This document shows positions 47,992 through 60,765 of a stretch of DNA of 64,000 bases, in pieces (position 1 is the stretch's first letter; the number at the start of each line of letters is the position of its first letter). The DNA is taken from assembly GCF_001194135.2 (NCBI RefSeq), contig NC_068982.1, positions 105,251,342 through 105,315,341 of the forward strand, written 5' to 3'. A program made the position numbers and the translations under genes. This DNA comes from Octopus bimaculoides (lineage: Eukaryota). A model generated the notes under the pieces. That model worked only from the letters and a program-made list of their open reading frames with translations, had not been told where the DNA came from and made no database searches.

Positions 47992-48203
47992 CTCTTTTGA
48001 TACCAATCTGTCTGAAATTGCTCCTGGTTCTACATTATAAACTTCTTGTTTAAAGTGATCTAAATTAAAACCTTCCATTAAAGTTTCATGTTAATTTATG
48101 TTCCAAACTCTAGCTTAATAATGGCGAGAGTATTTTACTAAATTCTTCAAAATTAATTGAGATGAAGGCAGTGTATTTCATTAGAAGTATGATAATGAAA
48201 ATG
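47992..48203. mobile_element. Degenerate piggyBac-type MITE
   Basis: TTAA|CTCTTTTGATACC at the left end; the right end GATAATGAAAATG|TTAT is a decayed inverted copy. Confidence 0.45.
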
Positions 48204-48471
48204 TTATCTCTGTTATGTTCTCATATTCGTTTATAACCTGTAAACACACAACAATTTGCAAATCTAGCCAGCATCTATAACTTGATGCCAACCATCTGTA
48301 CATCAGCATTGAATTTTCATTGAAGATTCAAAAGGTTCTTTAATTTACTTTCAGTCTGCAGCTGTGCATTATCCCTAGTGACAGTTCTAATTACCATTTA
48401 ATCATTTTCCTTAATGACTACCAGTAATTTCTCATCCTTTAAGAAAATACTATTCAAGAGGTTTAACTCAG

Positions 48472-48627
48472 TTACAGGCATGGCTGTCTGGTTAAGAAGT
48501 TTCCCAACCTCATGATTTCAGGTTCACTTCCACTGTGTGGCACCTTGGGCAAATGTCTTTTACTATAGCCCCAAATCAACCAAAGCATTGTTAGTAGATT
48601 TGATAGATAGGAAGTGAAAGAAGCCCA

Positions 48628-48640
<13 letters not shown>
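48472..48640 (+). mobile_element. Family B SINE 5' half
   Basis: GGCATGGCTGTCTGGTTAAGAAG...GGTTCACTTCCACTGTGTGGCACCTTGGGCAAATGTC. Confidence 0.75.
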
Positions 48641-48662
<22 letters not shown>

Positions 48663-49369
48663 GAATATTATATAAGTCATTATACTTGACCAGCTCCTGT
48701 GAACTGTCCTACTTATGCATGCATGAAAGATGGAAGTTAAACGATGATGATGATTATTATTAATCCAAACATGTGGTAGTACAGAAGAAATGAAGTCAAA
48801 AATGCTCAGAGAATGTATGAGAATTTATTCAGATTTTAATACACACACACACACACACACACACTTGAACAGTTTCACATTTGATTTTTCAGAAGTATAT
48901 GTTATGTGGAGCTGTGTTGCAAATTGCATCTTTTCTAGCTATTGTTGTAAAAATCGTACACATGTATTTAAAAATGTGTGTGTGTGCGCGTGTGTATTTG
49001 TGTCTCTTTGTCTTGACATCACATGATTGTTGCAAATGAATATCAGTCATTTCCAATATTCTGTGAAAACATGTCTGATTATAGGGAAGCAGGTAAGTTC
49101 TGTTTGACCCATGCAAGTATAGAAAAGTGGACATTAAAATGATGATGATGATGATCTCGTCAAATTTGCTGCTAGTGAGGCTGGGCTTGCACTAATCTAA
49201 AATTGATAGCTACTTTACCATCCTTTCATTAATAGATTGGTTCTTTACTTAAGTTTCTTTACCTTAACTAATGACCTCTCACCTCAAACTATATTACTTC
49301 TGAAATAACATTAAGTTATCTTCTGAGATATGACTGTAGATACAACAGGTGGGAAGAAAGTAGTAATAA

Positions 49370-49601
49370 AAGGCGTCGAGCTGGCAGAAACGTTAGCACG
49401 CAGGGCGAAATGCTTAGCGTTATTTTGTCTGCCACTACGTTCTGAGTTCAAATTCCGCCGAGGTCGACTTTGCCTTTCATCCTTTTGAGGTCGATAAATT
49501 AAGTACCAGTTACGCACTGGGATCGATATAATCGACTTAATTCGTTTGTCTGTCCTTGTCTGTCCCCTCTATGTTTAGCCCCTTGTGGGCAATAAAGAAA
49601 T
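49370..49601 (+). mobile_element. Family A SINE, young full-length copy
   Basis: Intact CpGs. 16-bp TSD AAGAAAGTAGTAATAA (49354-49369, 49602-49617). Confidence 0.9.
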
Positions 49602-49763
49602 AAGAAAGTAGTAATAATTGTAGAGATTGTGAGAAATGAATACAGTTGTTGCATTAACAAGTAATATCCAAGCATGGTAATGAAGTTAATTTTAAATTGT
49701 CTCACCCACACTTTATGTGTTATTATAAATAATTAATTTTTTGTTTTTCTTTTCTTTTTACAG

Positions 49764-49888
49764 CCAGCCTATCAGAATTTGAGGCAACGAATGGAAGGGC
49801 ACGTGTCCCGCTTTTTGGAGAAGCAGGTGTGGAGCCCAAATCTGAATAAAAATCAGTTACGAGACCAACTAAGAAAGCATATCAATCA
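49764..49888 (+). CDS. BOD1L1: BOD1L1 exon 2
   Basis: TTTTACAG|PAYQNLRQRMEGHVSRFLEKQVWSPNLNKNQLRDQLRKHIN|GTATGT, phase 2. Resembles human PAYQNLRQKVDNFVSTHL...NKNQLR. Confidence 0.93.
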
Positions 49889-50104
49889 GTATGTTGACAA
49901 CTATTGTATTCTTATATTTTTATATTATTAAAGCAAAACCATTTGGGTCTCAGAAAAATTGCTTTGCAGTATTTGTTCTAGCTTTTTATGTTCTGAGTTC
50001 AAATTCCTCTGAGGTCAACTTTACCTTTCGTCCTTTCAGGGCTGATAAAATAAAGTATCAGTTAAGTGCTAGGGTCAATTTAACCGACTAGCCCTCTCCC
50101 TACA

Positions 50105-50708
50105 AATGTCTAGCCTCATCACCCTTTTTTGATGCGCCTTGCTGACCTTGACTTTCATTTCTCTGTGTAAAATATCATCCAGCTCCAAAATCCCTAAATA
50201 TCTATACCCACTACTGTCAGGTTCACCCATGGTCTCTCCTGATGGTAACCACAATCCTCTGCAGGCTGCTTTCTTCCCTCTTTTCATATTAAGTACTGAG
50301 CATTTGGTAATCCCAAATTCCATACCGATGTCCTACCACACTTCTGGACTGTTTTGGTTAAGGAATCTATCTGTTTCTCAGATTTCCCAAATAATTTCAG
50401 GTCATCCATCAACAGAAGATGATTCCATGATGGGTCTTTCTTCCCACATCAGTAACCCATCTTAACTCTCCTAAGTGTCATTGTTATGGGTATTCGTGCA
50501 ATTACAAAAAGTGATGGAGAAAATGAGTCACCTTGGAAGATTCCCCTTTTAATATTAACTTCTCTAAGGAATACATTACTTGAGTACAATTTGATTTTCC
50601 ACTCTTTCATGCTATGCATCAGAAAATTTGTGATGTTGTCAGCAACACCAAACATCTGCAGGCATTCAACAATCCAAGAATGAGGCATCATATCATATGC
50701 CTTCTTAA
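50105..50708 (-). mobile_element. R4/Dong-clade LINE RT fragment
   Basis: KKAYDMMPHSWIVECLQMFGV...RGIFQGDSFSP...MDG/D...MEFGITKC...YRYLGI. The 5' junction abuts a (TAA)n tract. Confidence 0.8.
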
Positions 50709-50749
<41 letters not shown>

Positions 50750-50750
<1 letters not shown>

Positions 50751-50990
50751 TTATGTTTGACTTTTGCTTTGCATTTGTACAAGTTGGATCCAAGTCTCAC
50801 CCAGAGACCTCAAGAGACAACAAGTTAGAAGTTCATGTAGGTGTTATGCCTAGGGTACCATATATTTGGATTTGTACATAGTGTTGTTTATTTGTACATA
50901 GTGTTGTTTATTTGTATATAGTGTTGTTTATTTGTATATAGTGTTGTTTATTTGTACATAGTGTTGTTGGATTTGTACATAGTGTTGTTT
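50750..50990 (-). repeat. Short non-LTR 3'-end fragment embedded in (TAA)n, with six copies of a 20-bp unit
   Basis: ATTTGTA(C/T)ATAGTGTTGTTT x6 at 50870-50990, with (ATT)n on both sides. The Dong assignment is inferred from context. Confidence 0.7.
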
Positions 50991-51081
50991 ATTATTATTA
51001 TTATTATTATTATTATCTTTCAGATAATAATAATAATTATTATTATTATTAGATATTATTATTATCATTATTATCTTTTAG

Positions 51082-51302
51082 ATCTGGTATTTTGGCTAGT
51101 GGAGTGGAGCGAATCATTGAACAAGTGGTTAACCCAAAGATATTCTTGGTAATCAAACCTCGCATTGATGAAGTCATATGTGAACATTTGGAAATTGACT
51201 TTAAGGAGCGGCAGGAGAAGCTGCTGCGCAAGAAACACCAGCAGCAAGCCCTGGCTGCTGCTGCAGCTGCTGCAGTGGCTGCTTCAAATAATGCCATGGC
51301 AA
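51082..51302 (+). CDS. BOD1L1: BOD1L1 exon 3 (end of BOD1 domain, poly-Ala)
   Basis: CTTTTAG|(Q)SGILASGVERIIEQVVNPKIFLVIKPRIDEVICEHL...AAAAAAAVAASNNAMA|GTAAGT, phase 1. Resembles human SGMLEAGVDRIISQVVDPK. Confidence 0.92.
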
Positions 51303-51317
51303 GTAAGTAGAAATATT

Positions 51318-51325
51318 TTTCTATC

Positions 51326-51356
<31 letters not shown>

Positions 51357-51631
51357 GTATTTATCTATGTATGTATGTATGTATGTATCTATCTATCTAT
51401 CTATCTATCTATCTCAATGAGAATATTGACCAAGGTTACCGTGGTCTTTTCTGTGGGCTTTTCCTTCCACGGCTAAACCTAAACTGTCCTCCCCTCTTTT
51501 TACACGAGAACATTACTGTGTGATACACGATCCCTATTGATCGGCCTTTCCNNNNNNNNNNCCAAAAAGAAAAGCTCTACATTGTATTTGTCCCATCTTC
51601 GTTGAGCCCTGTGTGGCTAATAAAAGAAATG

Positions 51632-51683
<52 letters not shown>
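51318..51683. repeat. (TCTA)n/(TGTA)n microsatellites
   Basis: Seen directly at ~51318-51415 and ~51632-51683. Confidence 0.9.
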
Positions 51684-51684
<1 letters not shown>

Positions 51685-53581
51685 GTTTGTCTATATATGG
51701 ATGTGTGTGTTTGTGTCTATCCTTGTCTTGATATCCTGTGATGATTGTAAATGAGCATCATTGTCATACAAGCAATGTTGTTAGTTTCTGGTCTTCCATG
51801 AAAAGTGTGCCTGGACAAGGGGTAAATGTTATCTTGCTTGGAAACAGGAAATGCATCTGGCTGCAGAAAATTTGCTTCAATTCCATTTTTACCTGTGCAA
51901 ACATAGAAAAGTGGATGTAAAAACGATGATGATGATGAAGATTGTGTGTAAGACATTCGTACAGCGAGACAGAACCAACAGAAACAAGCAATCTAAACTT
52001 TATATATAGAGACTATTCTTAGAATATTCATCATCATCATTATCATCATTTAACATCTGTGTTTCCTGATGACATAGGTTAAATGGTTTGACAGGATCCG
52101 ATAAGCTCAAGGACTGTATCCTGCTCTTGTTTAGCATGGTTTCTGCGGCTGGATGCCCTGCCTAATGCCAACCACTTTTCAGTCTGTTACTAGGTGCTTT
52201 TGCATGCCAGCAGCACTAGTGAGGTTGCTGTGCAGAATGCCGAAGCAGAACAGGTTTCTTGGTGTAATGGAGCAACATGATTACTCATATTTTAGAGGAG
52301 GTGGGCATGATATGGAGTTGGAAATATTGATATTAGTATTGGGATATATTTGAAATAGATTAGTTTCTCTGTACATAGAAAAATTGATAGAATCAGTCTT
52401 AAATCAATATATGCCAAGATTTGCTCCATACAGTTAAGAGTACCACTATTTTGACACCAAATCCTGGCAGAGCCAATATTGTTCATTCTTTTAATTAATA
52501 TTGATAAGATAAAATACCAAGATTGATTATCTCCCTTGCAAACTTGTCTCATATGTTGCCCAAACGATTTATTTCAATTGTAAGATATGAGAAAGGAAGG
52601 CCATATATTTAATTTATTTATTCCTATATTTATTGTAGATATTTATTTCTAGGGTGGTAATAAGAATTTTGGCTGTTATATCAGAGGTTATAATGCTGCG
52701 AAACTGAATTGGTGCTGACCAGCACCAATCATGCAGCATCACAATTCATGAGAATTGCCCACTGGAGTGTAACTGTTTGGCAAAATCGATAATATTTAGT
52801 GCTAAGGTAGACACACACAAAAAAAAAAAGATGAACCTAAAATGTATATAGCAGCAACTGACATTCAAAAATTGATTCCATTTGTCAGCCATGTTAAAAA
52901 TGCACTATAGCTTCGACAGATTTATGTTCCATGTCCTCACGAATTCAAAATTACCTGGACAATTGTCGGTAAGGTACAAACATATAGAAACAGTAGCTTC
53001 AAATCAAAAATATGGTGTGATCTTTGCACAAAAAATTAAGAATCTTGCATCAAGGAATTGATGATTTGAACAAAAGAATTGAATTGTTAGTGTCTTGTAT
53101 ATACAAAGCTAAATATTTTTTTTTGTAAATACCAGGTTCCTTAAATTTCGGTCTGGTTTAGGGAATAAGAAAACTCCAGAAAACATTGGCTTTGAAGTGT
53201 TTAAAGAAAAAATTTTTTTTTTAAATATCACTTGATGCGATTTCATGAGGGTAGTTCTTAGAGTGATCTCCCCTGTCAATTGTTTTCATGAGAGTTAGAA
53301 ATGAAAGGAAATATGCGAACTTAACAGCTGTTTTTATATGTATCACTTGCTTGATTTTTTTTTTAAACGTAAAGATAAGTGTTTTCTTGATAATTTTAGT
53401 ATAATATTTCGAAATATATTCATATAATAGATAATTCAAGAGAAAACATATTTAGATTACCAACTGAAAGACTGGACACCTAAATCTTGAAGTACTAGAA
53501 ATTATATGCCTTTTGGTTGTAATGTATTAAAGAATACTATACATTTATATATTGAATTCTGTAATTTATCATTTTTTAGTG

Positions 53582-53945
53582 AACTGTGGCTATGTTATAA
53601 GAAGCTTGCTTTCCAACCATGGTTTCAGGTTTAGTTCCACTGCGTGGCACCTTGGGCAAGTGTTTTCTACAATAGCCTTAGGCTACCCTAAGACTTGTGA
53701 GTGGATTTGGTAGATAGAAACCGAAAGAAGCCTGTTGTATACGTGTGTGTGTTTGTGTTTGTCCCCCACCACCACTTGACAACTGGTGTTGGTATATTTA
53801 CTTCCCTGTAAATTAATGGTTTGGCAAAAAAGACCAGGCTTTAAAAAAAAAAAGTACTGGGTTTGATTCATTTGACTAAAACCCCTCAAGGTGGTGCTCC
53901 AGCATGGCTGCAGTCTAATGACTGAAGCATGTAAAAGAATAAAAG
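53582..53945 (+). mobile_element. Family B SINE, near full length
   Basis: Head through GGTGCTCCAGCATGGCTGCAGTCTAATGACTGAAGCATGTAAAAGAATAAAAGA tail. Confidence 0.85.
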
Positions 53946-54327
53946 AACATATATGTATATGTAAGACTGGTAGGCTTGATTCTTTTCTCCATTTTTTTTA
54001 CCTTCAGCCTATATAGTGATAGTAATAGTGCCATATTAATGTTTGAGATTAGAGAACATGGAAGAGAAGACAGTAGTTTGATACAAGATCCCTATTAGCT
54101 ACATGACTGTATCATGTTGGAAAGCTTCTAGCAGGCACTAGTCATATTGGTCATGGAGAGTTCCAACTCTGAAAAGTTGATGACTGATATTGGATAGCTG
54201 CTAGTAAACTGACTAAATTATTCACATTTCCACAGCCTTTTTCTCCCTCTGATTTTTTCTAGATATAGTTTCAAAAAAATGTTTTATTAGATATATTTGT
54301 ACTATAAATTTCTTATTTGTATTACAG

Positions 54328-55920
54328 GTCATGCTTCATATGGAAATACCTATTTTCCTTATCAACAAACCACATATTGGCAACAGCAACAGCAAATACG
54401 ACCACTTCCACCAAGTACTTCACAGCAGTCACAGCCTCCAACGCCATTGGCTCAGAATCAACAGAAACAGACCATACTGCCATTTTCATTACCTGATACA
54501 TCCAAACCACCACCTGCAGCTTTTCTTCCTGCTACAGGTGGATTTGGTCTTCCTCAGCAACCGTATCCAATAATCCCACAACAGACCTGGAATACTTCTG
54601 TCACAACAACTACTGTCTCAACTACTACTAGTTTTAATCCCATGTATCCTCCCCACATACTGCCACCAAGCGTACCTTTAGCTGCTGGTGCCCCTCTACC
54701 ACTTATGAATTTTACATCAGTGCCACCCCCAACTTCTAGTAGTAAGGCTAGTGTTACAAGTAGCACTACAAGTTTGACTAATTCCAGTATCAAGGAGACA
54801 GGTCGTGGTTTACTGGCTACTCCTAATTTGTCTCAGGCAATTGCTCCTATAACATTACCTCCCATGAATGTTCCCCCTCCAGTATCACCTGCTCCTCTAC
54901 AACCACCAGGTATAGCAGCCCCTGCTTTACATCCACCCGTCCTTCCTCCACTAAACATGCCACCTCCACCTATCACAGATCCATTAACTCGACCACTTCC
55001 CAGCCTTCCACCTCATGGACATGGTCCTTCTAAAGCTCCTTTAGATAATGTTCCTATGAAAGTTGCTGTAAAAACTCCACTTCTTCCTGATCCCATTATT
55101 ACAAAACTTGTTAACAAACCTTACAATAATCCTGTATTACAACCTCCTGTTGGACTACCAGTAATGCAGTCTTCTCTGCCACCTAATGTTCCTGTTCCCC
55201 CATTAGTTTCACAACCAGCACTGCCTCCTTTAACTAAACCATCTTTGCCTGCAATTCCACCAAAACCTCTTTTGCCACAACCAGCTCCTCCTCCATGTGT
55301 CACTGATATCCTTCCACCACCAACATCTTCATCATCATCGTCATCATCATTACCATCTCTACCAAATCATGAAGATCATCAAAGTTCTAAAATTCCAGAG
55401 ATAAATAGGGAAGACATCAATCAAAGAATAAGTGAGCCTCCAGAATCTCTCAAACTTGCTATTGAAGAAAAAAGCTGGTCTGCTCCAAAACTAGAAGACA
55501 TTCCTTTGCCTCATTTACCATTTACAGTCGCTACACCTGAAAAAAACAAACCTGCTGAACCATTAGTTAAAGAGAAAGAGACTAAAGTTCCTGAACAAAC
55601 AGTTGAAATAAGTGAAGAAAAATCAGTTGCAGAAAATTCTTCAACTGTCAAGAATAACAGTAAAGATGTGCCTTCCGATGGTTTTGTGGAACAAACATCT
55701 GCTAGTACTCAACCTTCTGCTGATGTTGAAGCAGCTCCAGAGGAAAAATCTCGGACATACAAGTTCTCATGGAGTAAGGGCAGCATGGAAGGCGAACTGT
55801 CTGATTTTACAATCAGCTCTGTGCACACCAGTGATTTGTCTTCTTTTGATGAGGGAGATGGTAACATTTCTCTTTCAGATGTAAACAGTAGTCCACGTCA
55901 TGACAGTGATACTAATCCTG
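54328..55920 (+). CDS. BOD1L1: BOD1L1 exon 4 (1593 nt; Pro-rich, then acidic/Ser-rich)
   Basis: ATTACAG| phase-1 entry into the 562-aa ORF and exit CCTG|GTAAGA in phase 1. Contains SDFTISSVHTSDLSSFDE, similar to the BOD1L1 SDITVSSVHTSDLSSFEE-type motif as recalled. Confidence 0.88.
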
Positions 55921-55933
55921 GTAAGATTTTTTT

Positions 55934-56110
55934 TCATCGTTATTTAATGTCCGTTTTTCATGCTGGCATGGGTTGGATGATTTGACTGGAGCTGGTAAGG
56001 CCAGGGATTGCACCAGGCCCCATTGTCTGTTTTGGTAAGGTTTCTGTGGCTGGATGCCCTTCCTAATGCCAATCACTCCACAGAGTGTACAGAGTGTTTT
56101 TAATGTGGCA
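55934..56110 (-). mobile_element. Family C retroposon directly after the exon 4 donor
   Basis: TTTAATGTCCGTTTTTCATGCTGGCATGGGTTGGA...GGATGCCCTTCCTAATGCCAA. Confidence 0.75.
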
Positions 56111-57057
56111 CTAGTATCAATCCTGCTGTGGCAGATGGATCTTCTTGAGTACAGCAATGCACAAGATATCTCAGTCTTTAGTCATCTCCTTTGTGTGTGT
56201 GTGTGTGTGTGTCTGTGTATATTTGTATATATAATACATACATATATGTATGTATGTATATATTTGTTTGTTCACTTTTAGGTCAGTTTTTCCATGTGAG
56301 TGTTGACTAGAAAGTATCATTTCTAATTTTATTTATACACAGCTATCACTTCTTAGTTTATTTACACATGGGTTCAAAAGGTCTACAAATTTCCAACAGG
56401 AAATGAAATGAAATACTACATAACTCTTTACATTTTTATGTTTGTATGTCTAGCACTTGAGAATCAATCTCTGTGTCTCTCCTAAAAGGAATGAAAAGTT
56501 GTTTAGATTTAAAAATGAGAAGAGTTAAATAGTATTTCATTTTCTTATGAAAATTTGAAGACCTTTTATATCCATACTTGATCTTTCTAAGCTCTATTAT
56601 TAATCATTTTGCTTCCCATCCATATGCTTTTGGGTTCACTCCCATTATGTTATACCTTAGGTAAGTGTCTTCTATAGTCTCTGGCTAACTAAAGTTTGGT
56701 CAGAAACCAAAAACCAGAAACTGAAAGAAGCCCATCATGTATGTGTGTGTATTTAGTGAGTGTGCATGTGTGTTATTATCTCCTTGCCTTGACTTTGCAT
56801 GTAGTAAATGAATGTCACCAACATGCAAGCAGTGTCCTTTGTTTTCGATCATCTGTAAAAACATGCCTGGGGAAATATTATCATACTTGGAAACAGTTGA
56901 GAGTTGGTGATAGGAAGTGCATTCAGCTGCAGAAAATTTGCCTCAACAAATTCCATCTGATCCAGTGTAGAAAAGAAGATGTTAAAACATCTCAGCTATA
57001 TTTACAGTAAAAATTGTTGGCAGTTAATTCATAATATAAATATATATTTTTTTGTAG

Positions 57058-57224
57058 ACTTGGAAGATGTTGCTGAAAAAGTTGTTGAAAAAACAGAGCC
57101 AAGTCCATGTAAAGAGACTAAGAAAGCTAAAATTCCTCCCAGACCTCGTAAACTGATTTCTTTATCGTACAATTATTCTGACAGTGATGATGATGAAACA
57201 CGGGAAGAACGTAAAGAACGAATT
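57058..57224 (+). CDS. BOD1L1: BOD1L1 exon 5
   Basis: TTTTGTAG|(D)LEDVAEK...YNYSDSDDDETREERKERI|GTAAGT, phase 0. Resembles human YYSDSDDELTVEQRRQSI. Confidence 0.9.
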
Positions 57225-57279
57225 GTAAGTATTTGGTTTTAAAACGTTTAGTTTTTGCTGGATGTATTCTACTTTACAG

Positions 57280-57667
57280 TGGAGGCGCAATGACCCAGTG
57301 GTTAGGGCAGCGGACTCGCGGTCATAGGATCGCGGTTTCGATTCCGAGACCGGGCATTGTGAGTGTTTATTGAGCGAAAACACCTAAAGCTCCACGAGGC
57401 TCCGGCAGGGGATGGTGGCGAACCCTGCTGTACTCTTTCACCACAACTTTCTCTCACTCTTACTTCCTGTTTCTGTTGTGCCTGTAATTCAAGGGGTCAG
57501 CCTTGTCACACTGTGTCACGCTGAATATCCCCGAGAACTACGTTAAGGGTACACATGTCTGTGGAGTGCTCAGCCACTTGCACGTTAATTTCATGAGCAG
57601 GCTGTTCCGTTGATCGGATCAACTGGAACTTTCGACGTCGTAAGTGATGGAGTGCCAACAACAACAA
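57280..57667 (+). mobile_element. tRNA-derived SINE family E, full length and young
   Basis: A box TGACCCAGTGG, B box GGTTTCGATTCC and (CAA)n tail. Perfect 14-bp TSD ATTCTACTTTACAG (57266-57279, 57668-57681). Confidence 0.92.
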
Positions 57668-58429
57668 ATTCTACTTTACAGATTAATTGAAAGAATAGTC
57701 ATGTTAAATTTTCCCCATCGTATGAAGTTCTTGTGTTGTGTTAGTGCTGCCATATAAATACAGTTGTTCAATCAGATTTGGTTACAACTGATCATGGACC
57801 TATCATGTTTTACTGTTTACCTTTGTAATGAAAGTATAAGACTTTTCTTTATATTTAGTATTTTGTTTTGGGAGTGAACTTGTGTCAGTTTTTGTTGCTT
57901 GTTCTACCAATCTTTTGTTTTGAAATTGAATTCTGCAATATATTTTTCCTTCCTTTCTAAGATGGAACATTTGTTTGTTATTGTTAGCTGGTCAACAACT
58001 TTATTTAGCTTCTCTTATGATGCCTCCAGAAATTAATGCTGAAGAGTTGCAACTGTTGCATTCTGACTGAATCTGTAGTAGAGGGTGATTCTGAAAAATA
58101 GTCATCCACTGCAGTTGTTACCAGAACCTACAGTCTTCTCACAAATGCAAACAGCACAGTGAAAGAAACTGTCTCACACAATAAACCACTGTATGTTGGA
58201 GTGTGTTATATGATCCTCAACCAGATGGTATTACATCATATCTAAAATACTTGATCTGTGATCTCATGCTCAGTCATTTTATTGACCACCTGGTGTTCTA
58301 ATTATTGTACATATCAAAAAAATAAAAACACTTGTACACCCCACCACCTGGTCTTGGACTGAAACAATGAACCTTTAAAATTGCTCGTAATCACTGATCT
58401 CTTTTGGTAGTCTTACATACTTGACATGA

Positions 58430-58900
58430 AAGTTACGTATCAAAAGACTGGCCTTCTTCTTTGAAATCAGAAAATACTTCAGTTCTCAAGGATTACTAAA
58501 TCTCTTTAAAGCTCAAGAAACACTGACAGCAGAATACTCCTCCCACATCTGAGTTGTGCGCACAGGTTTCCTAATTGCATCCCAAAAAAGTTACCTGATT
58601 GATAAGCCTAGAATTACTCACTAAAACACCCCAACCCCTGGCTAACAGATGTATTGTCTCCTCACAACTACTACAGTAGCCTCTGTTCTGGCTTTTTTCA
58701 TATCACCTTCACTCAGGCCCACCAGAATTGTCACTTGTATTGTTTCTACTCCTGCTCCATCTAGGCCCTGCATTACCCACTCTATCCAATCCTTCCCAGA
58801 ATGTCAGCACTCTGATATTCCTTTCATATCTTTTCTTTGCAATCTTTGACTTTTCCAAGAAGACCATCAACCACATCAGTCTTATCAGTTTCAAAAAGTC
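58430..58900 (+). mobile_element. Old CR1/Jockey-group LINE 3' fragment
   Basis: Degenerate RKYFSSQGLLNLFKAQ...EYSSHI...LIDKP...FKKTINH pattern. Confidence 0.55.
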
Positions 58901-60284
58901 CTGAGTACAATCCCTTCCACTTGACCATTTAAAGAAAAAAACATTTTATAAGTCTGCTTAAGCAGAGCCAACTGGATTAAACAAGCAACAACACTAAACT
59001 TTCGTTGTTCTTTCAAGATAAAGCTAATTGCAAGACTGCAGTTGGCTACATATAATTAATGAACAGCTAATTGCAAGACTGCAGATTTTTTGAGCTCAAC
59101 ATCTTATGTTGAGAAAGATTAATTCTGATTTGCCATGATTTGAGGTAACTAAGTATTCAACTCTGTTCTTTTGCATTACAAATCAGAGATACAGGGTCTT
59201 ATGATAAAATATACATGTCTTATGTTGAAGGTCTAACTAGATTCAAGGTTAGATTTAGTGAGGCTTCTAACCTTGCCATGGATAGGAACCAATGGTGAAA
59301 GTCAACTGTCCAGTGTTGAGTGCACAACTTATGTCAAATGAGAAGATATAGTCATCTTATAGTTACACCATGGAATTACTCTGGAATACATTTAAAACCA
59401 AGAAACCTCTCTTTATTAATTAACCAGGAAGCTATGTAGAATTATTGATGATATGGCAGAAATTATTTTTAGTTACTGTTTCTCTTCAATTTTAAAGTTT
59501 GTGTTCTATCAGTTTGTTCTGGATAACATTTTGAAATAGATTCAGGTATCTTTATTTATCTCTTTACCAAAGTAATACATTTTTTCTTGATATTTTAAAT
59601 ATATATTTGTTTGTAAAATTTGAAAATAAAAATGAATTCCTGCTTTGGTAAAGAGGTGAATAAAAACACAATAAAAGAATTTCAGCCTTGATCTCAAACT
59701 TGCATATTTTTAAGCATGAGAATGTCTTTGCAGATATCTTAATCATAAATGACTAGTTTGTGAAATGAGATGAAACCAAACTATCATAGATTAGCTGAAC
59801 ACTTGAAAGAGGTCAAATTTCCCCTGTGAGGAACAGAAGTCTGATGTCCTTTGGAAATAAAATGTGACTGCAGTTTCCTAAGCTTGACAACACCAGTCTT
59901 AAATTGCACACTGTCACTTTGTATGTTGTTATATCATACTCTCAACTTAACTGGTGAAATCTATTGTTGATTTTATTCAGTTCTGAAATGATATTTTTAA
60001 TTATCAAAAACTTGTCAGTGAATTAAAACTGGAATAAACTATATTAACTGTTTCAACAATGTTTGACTCTATTTATATCAGCAATTTTGTTGAAACTTCT
60101 AAGAGGGTATCTTAACCACAAATTCACAGATTTTATGGTCGGGATTTCCTAATTTAAAAATATTCAATTTTCATTTGTCAACAATTATGTAAGTAACATT
60201 GGTTGTAAGTTTGTTAGTGCTTTTATTATTGTATTTATTGATTATATATGACTGACGCAATCTGCTGTTTTCTCTTTGTTGAAG

Positions 60285-60426
60285 GCTAAAGAAAAGGAAG
60301 AACGTTATCTTCGTCGGCAGCAAAGACGAGCTGGTTTGGAAGCCAAAAGAAAAGACAGAGAGGAAGAGAAACAACGTCTGTGCACAAAGACGAATGTTGA
60401 TTCTGATGAACGGAAAGAAGATTCAG
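60285..60426 (+). CDS. BOD1L1: BOD1L1 exon 6
   Basis: CTTTGTTGAAG|AKEKEERYLRRQQRRAGLEAKRK...EDS|GTTAGT, phase 1. Resembles human AKEKEERLLRRQINREKLEEKRK. Missed by the ORF track. Confidence 0.9.
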
Positions 60427-60765
60427 GTTAGTTGAAGAATTATTCTAACAATAATTCAATGTTTGTTTCATTATTATGGGAGAAGTCATTGGATTCGGTT
60501 TTTAGTGTCTTACAATTTTATCTCCTCTCCTAGAAAGAACCTCGATGCCTAGAAAGAGCTTACTTCTGGAACTTGTCACTTCTTCAGCACTCCTAAATTA
60601 AAGTAGTTGATGTACTGGACTACTGATTCACTGATTATAAGATCAAATTCTGTTATATACCACCTGACAAAACAATTTATTTATTAGCATCAGGTAGTCT
60701 TGTGGTTGAGTGATGAAGTATCCTCTACAAAGAAAAATTTCAGTAAGTCGTAAGTATAGTGATAA

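Noticed and set aside
50870-50990. CRISPR-like array
   Set aside because: The 20-bp units are contiguous with no spacers, in a eukaryotic context with no cas genes.
51700-52240. Tail-to-tail family C pair as a strong dsRNA editing substrate
   Set aside because: The two copies belong to diverged subfamilies and show only patchy complementarity by eye.
55921-55985. ORF read-through after exon 4 (GKIFFHRYLMSVFHAGMGWMI*) as the real C-terminus
   Set aside because: It is the tail of a family C retroposon. A consensus donor at 55921 and in-phase conserved downstream exons explain the gene better.
57281-57355. Genuine tRNA genes at SINE heads (also 6371, 47440-47514, 61960)
   Set aside because: Each continues into a SINE body with TSDs, and no complete cloverleaf with a T-run terminator could be supported.
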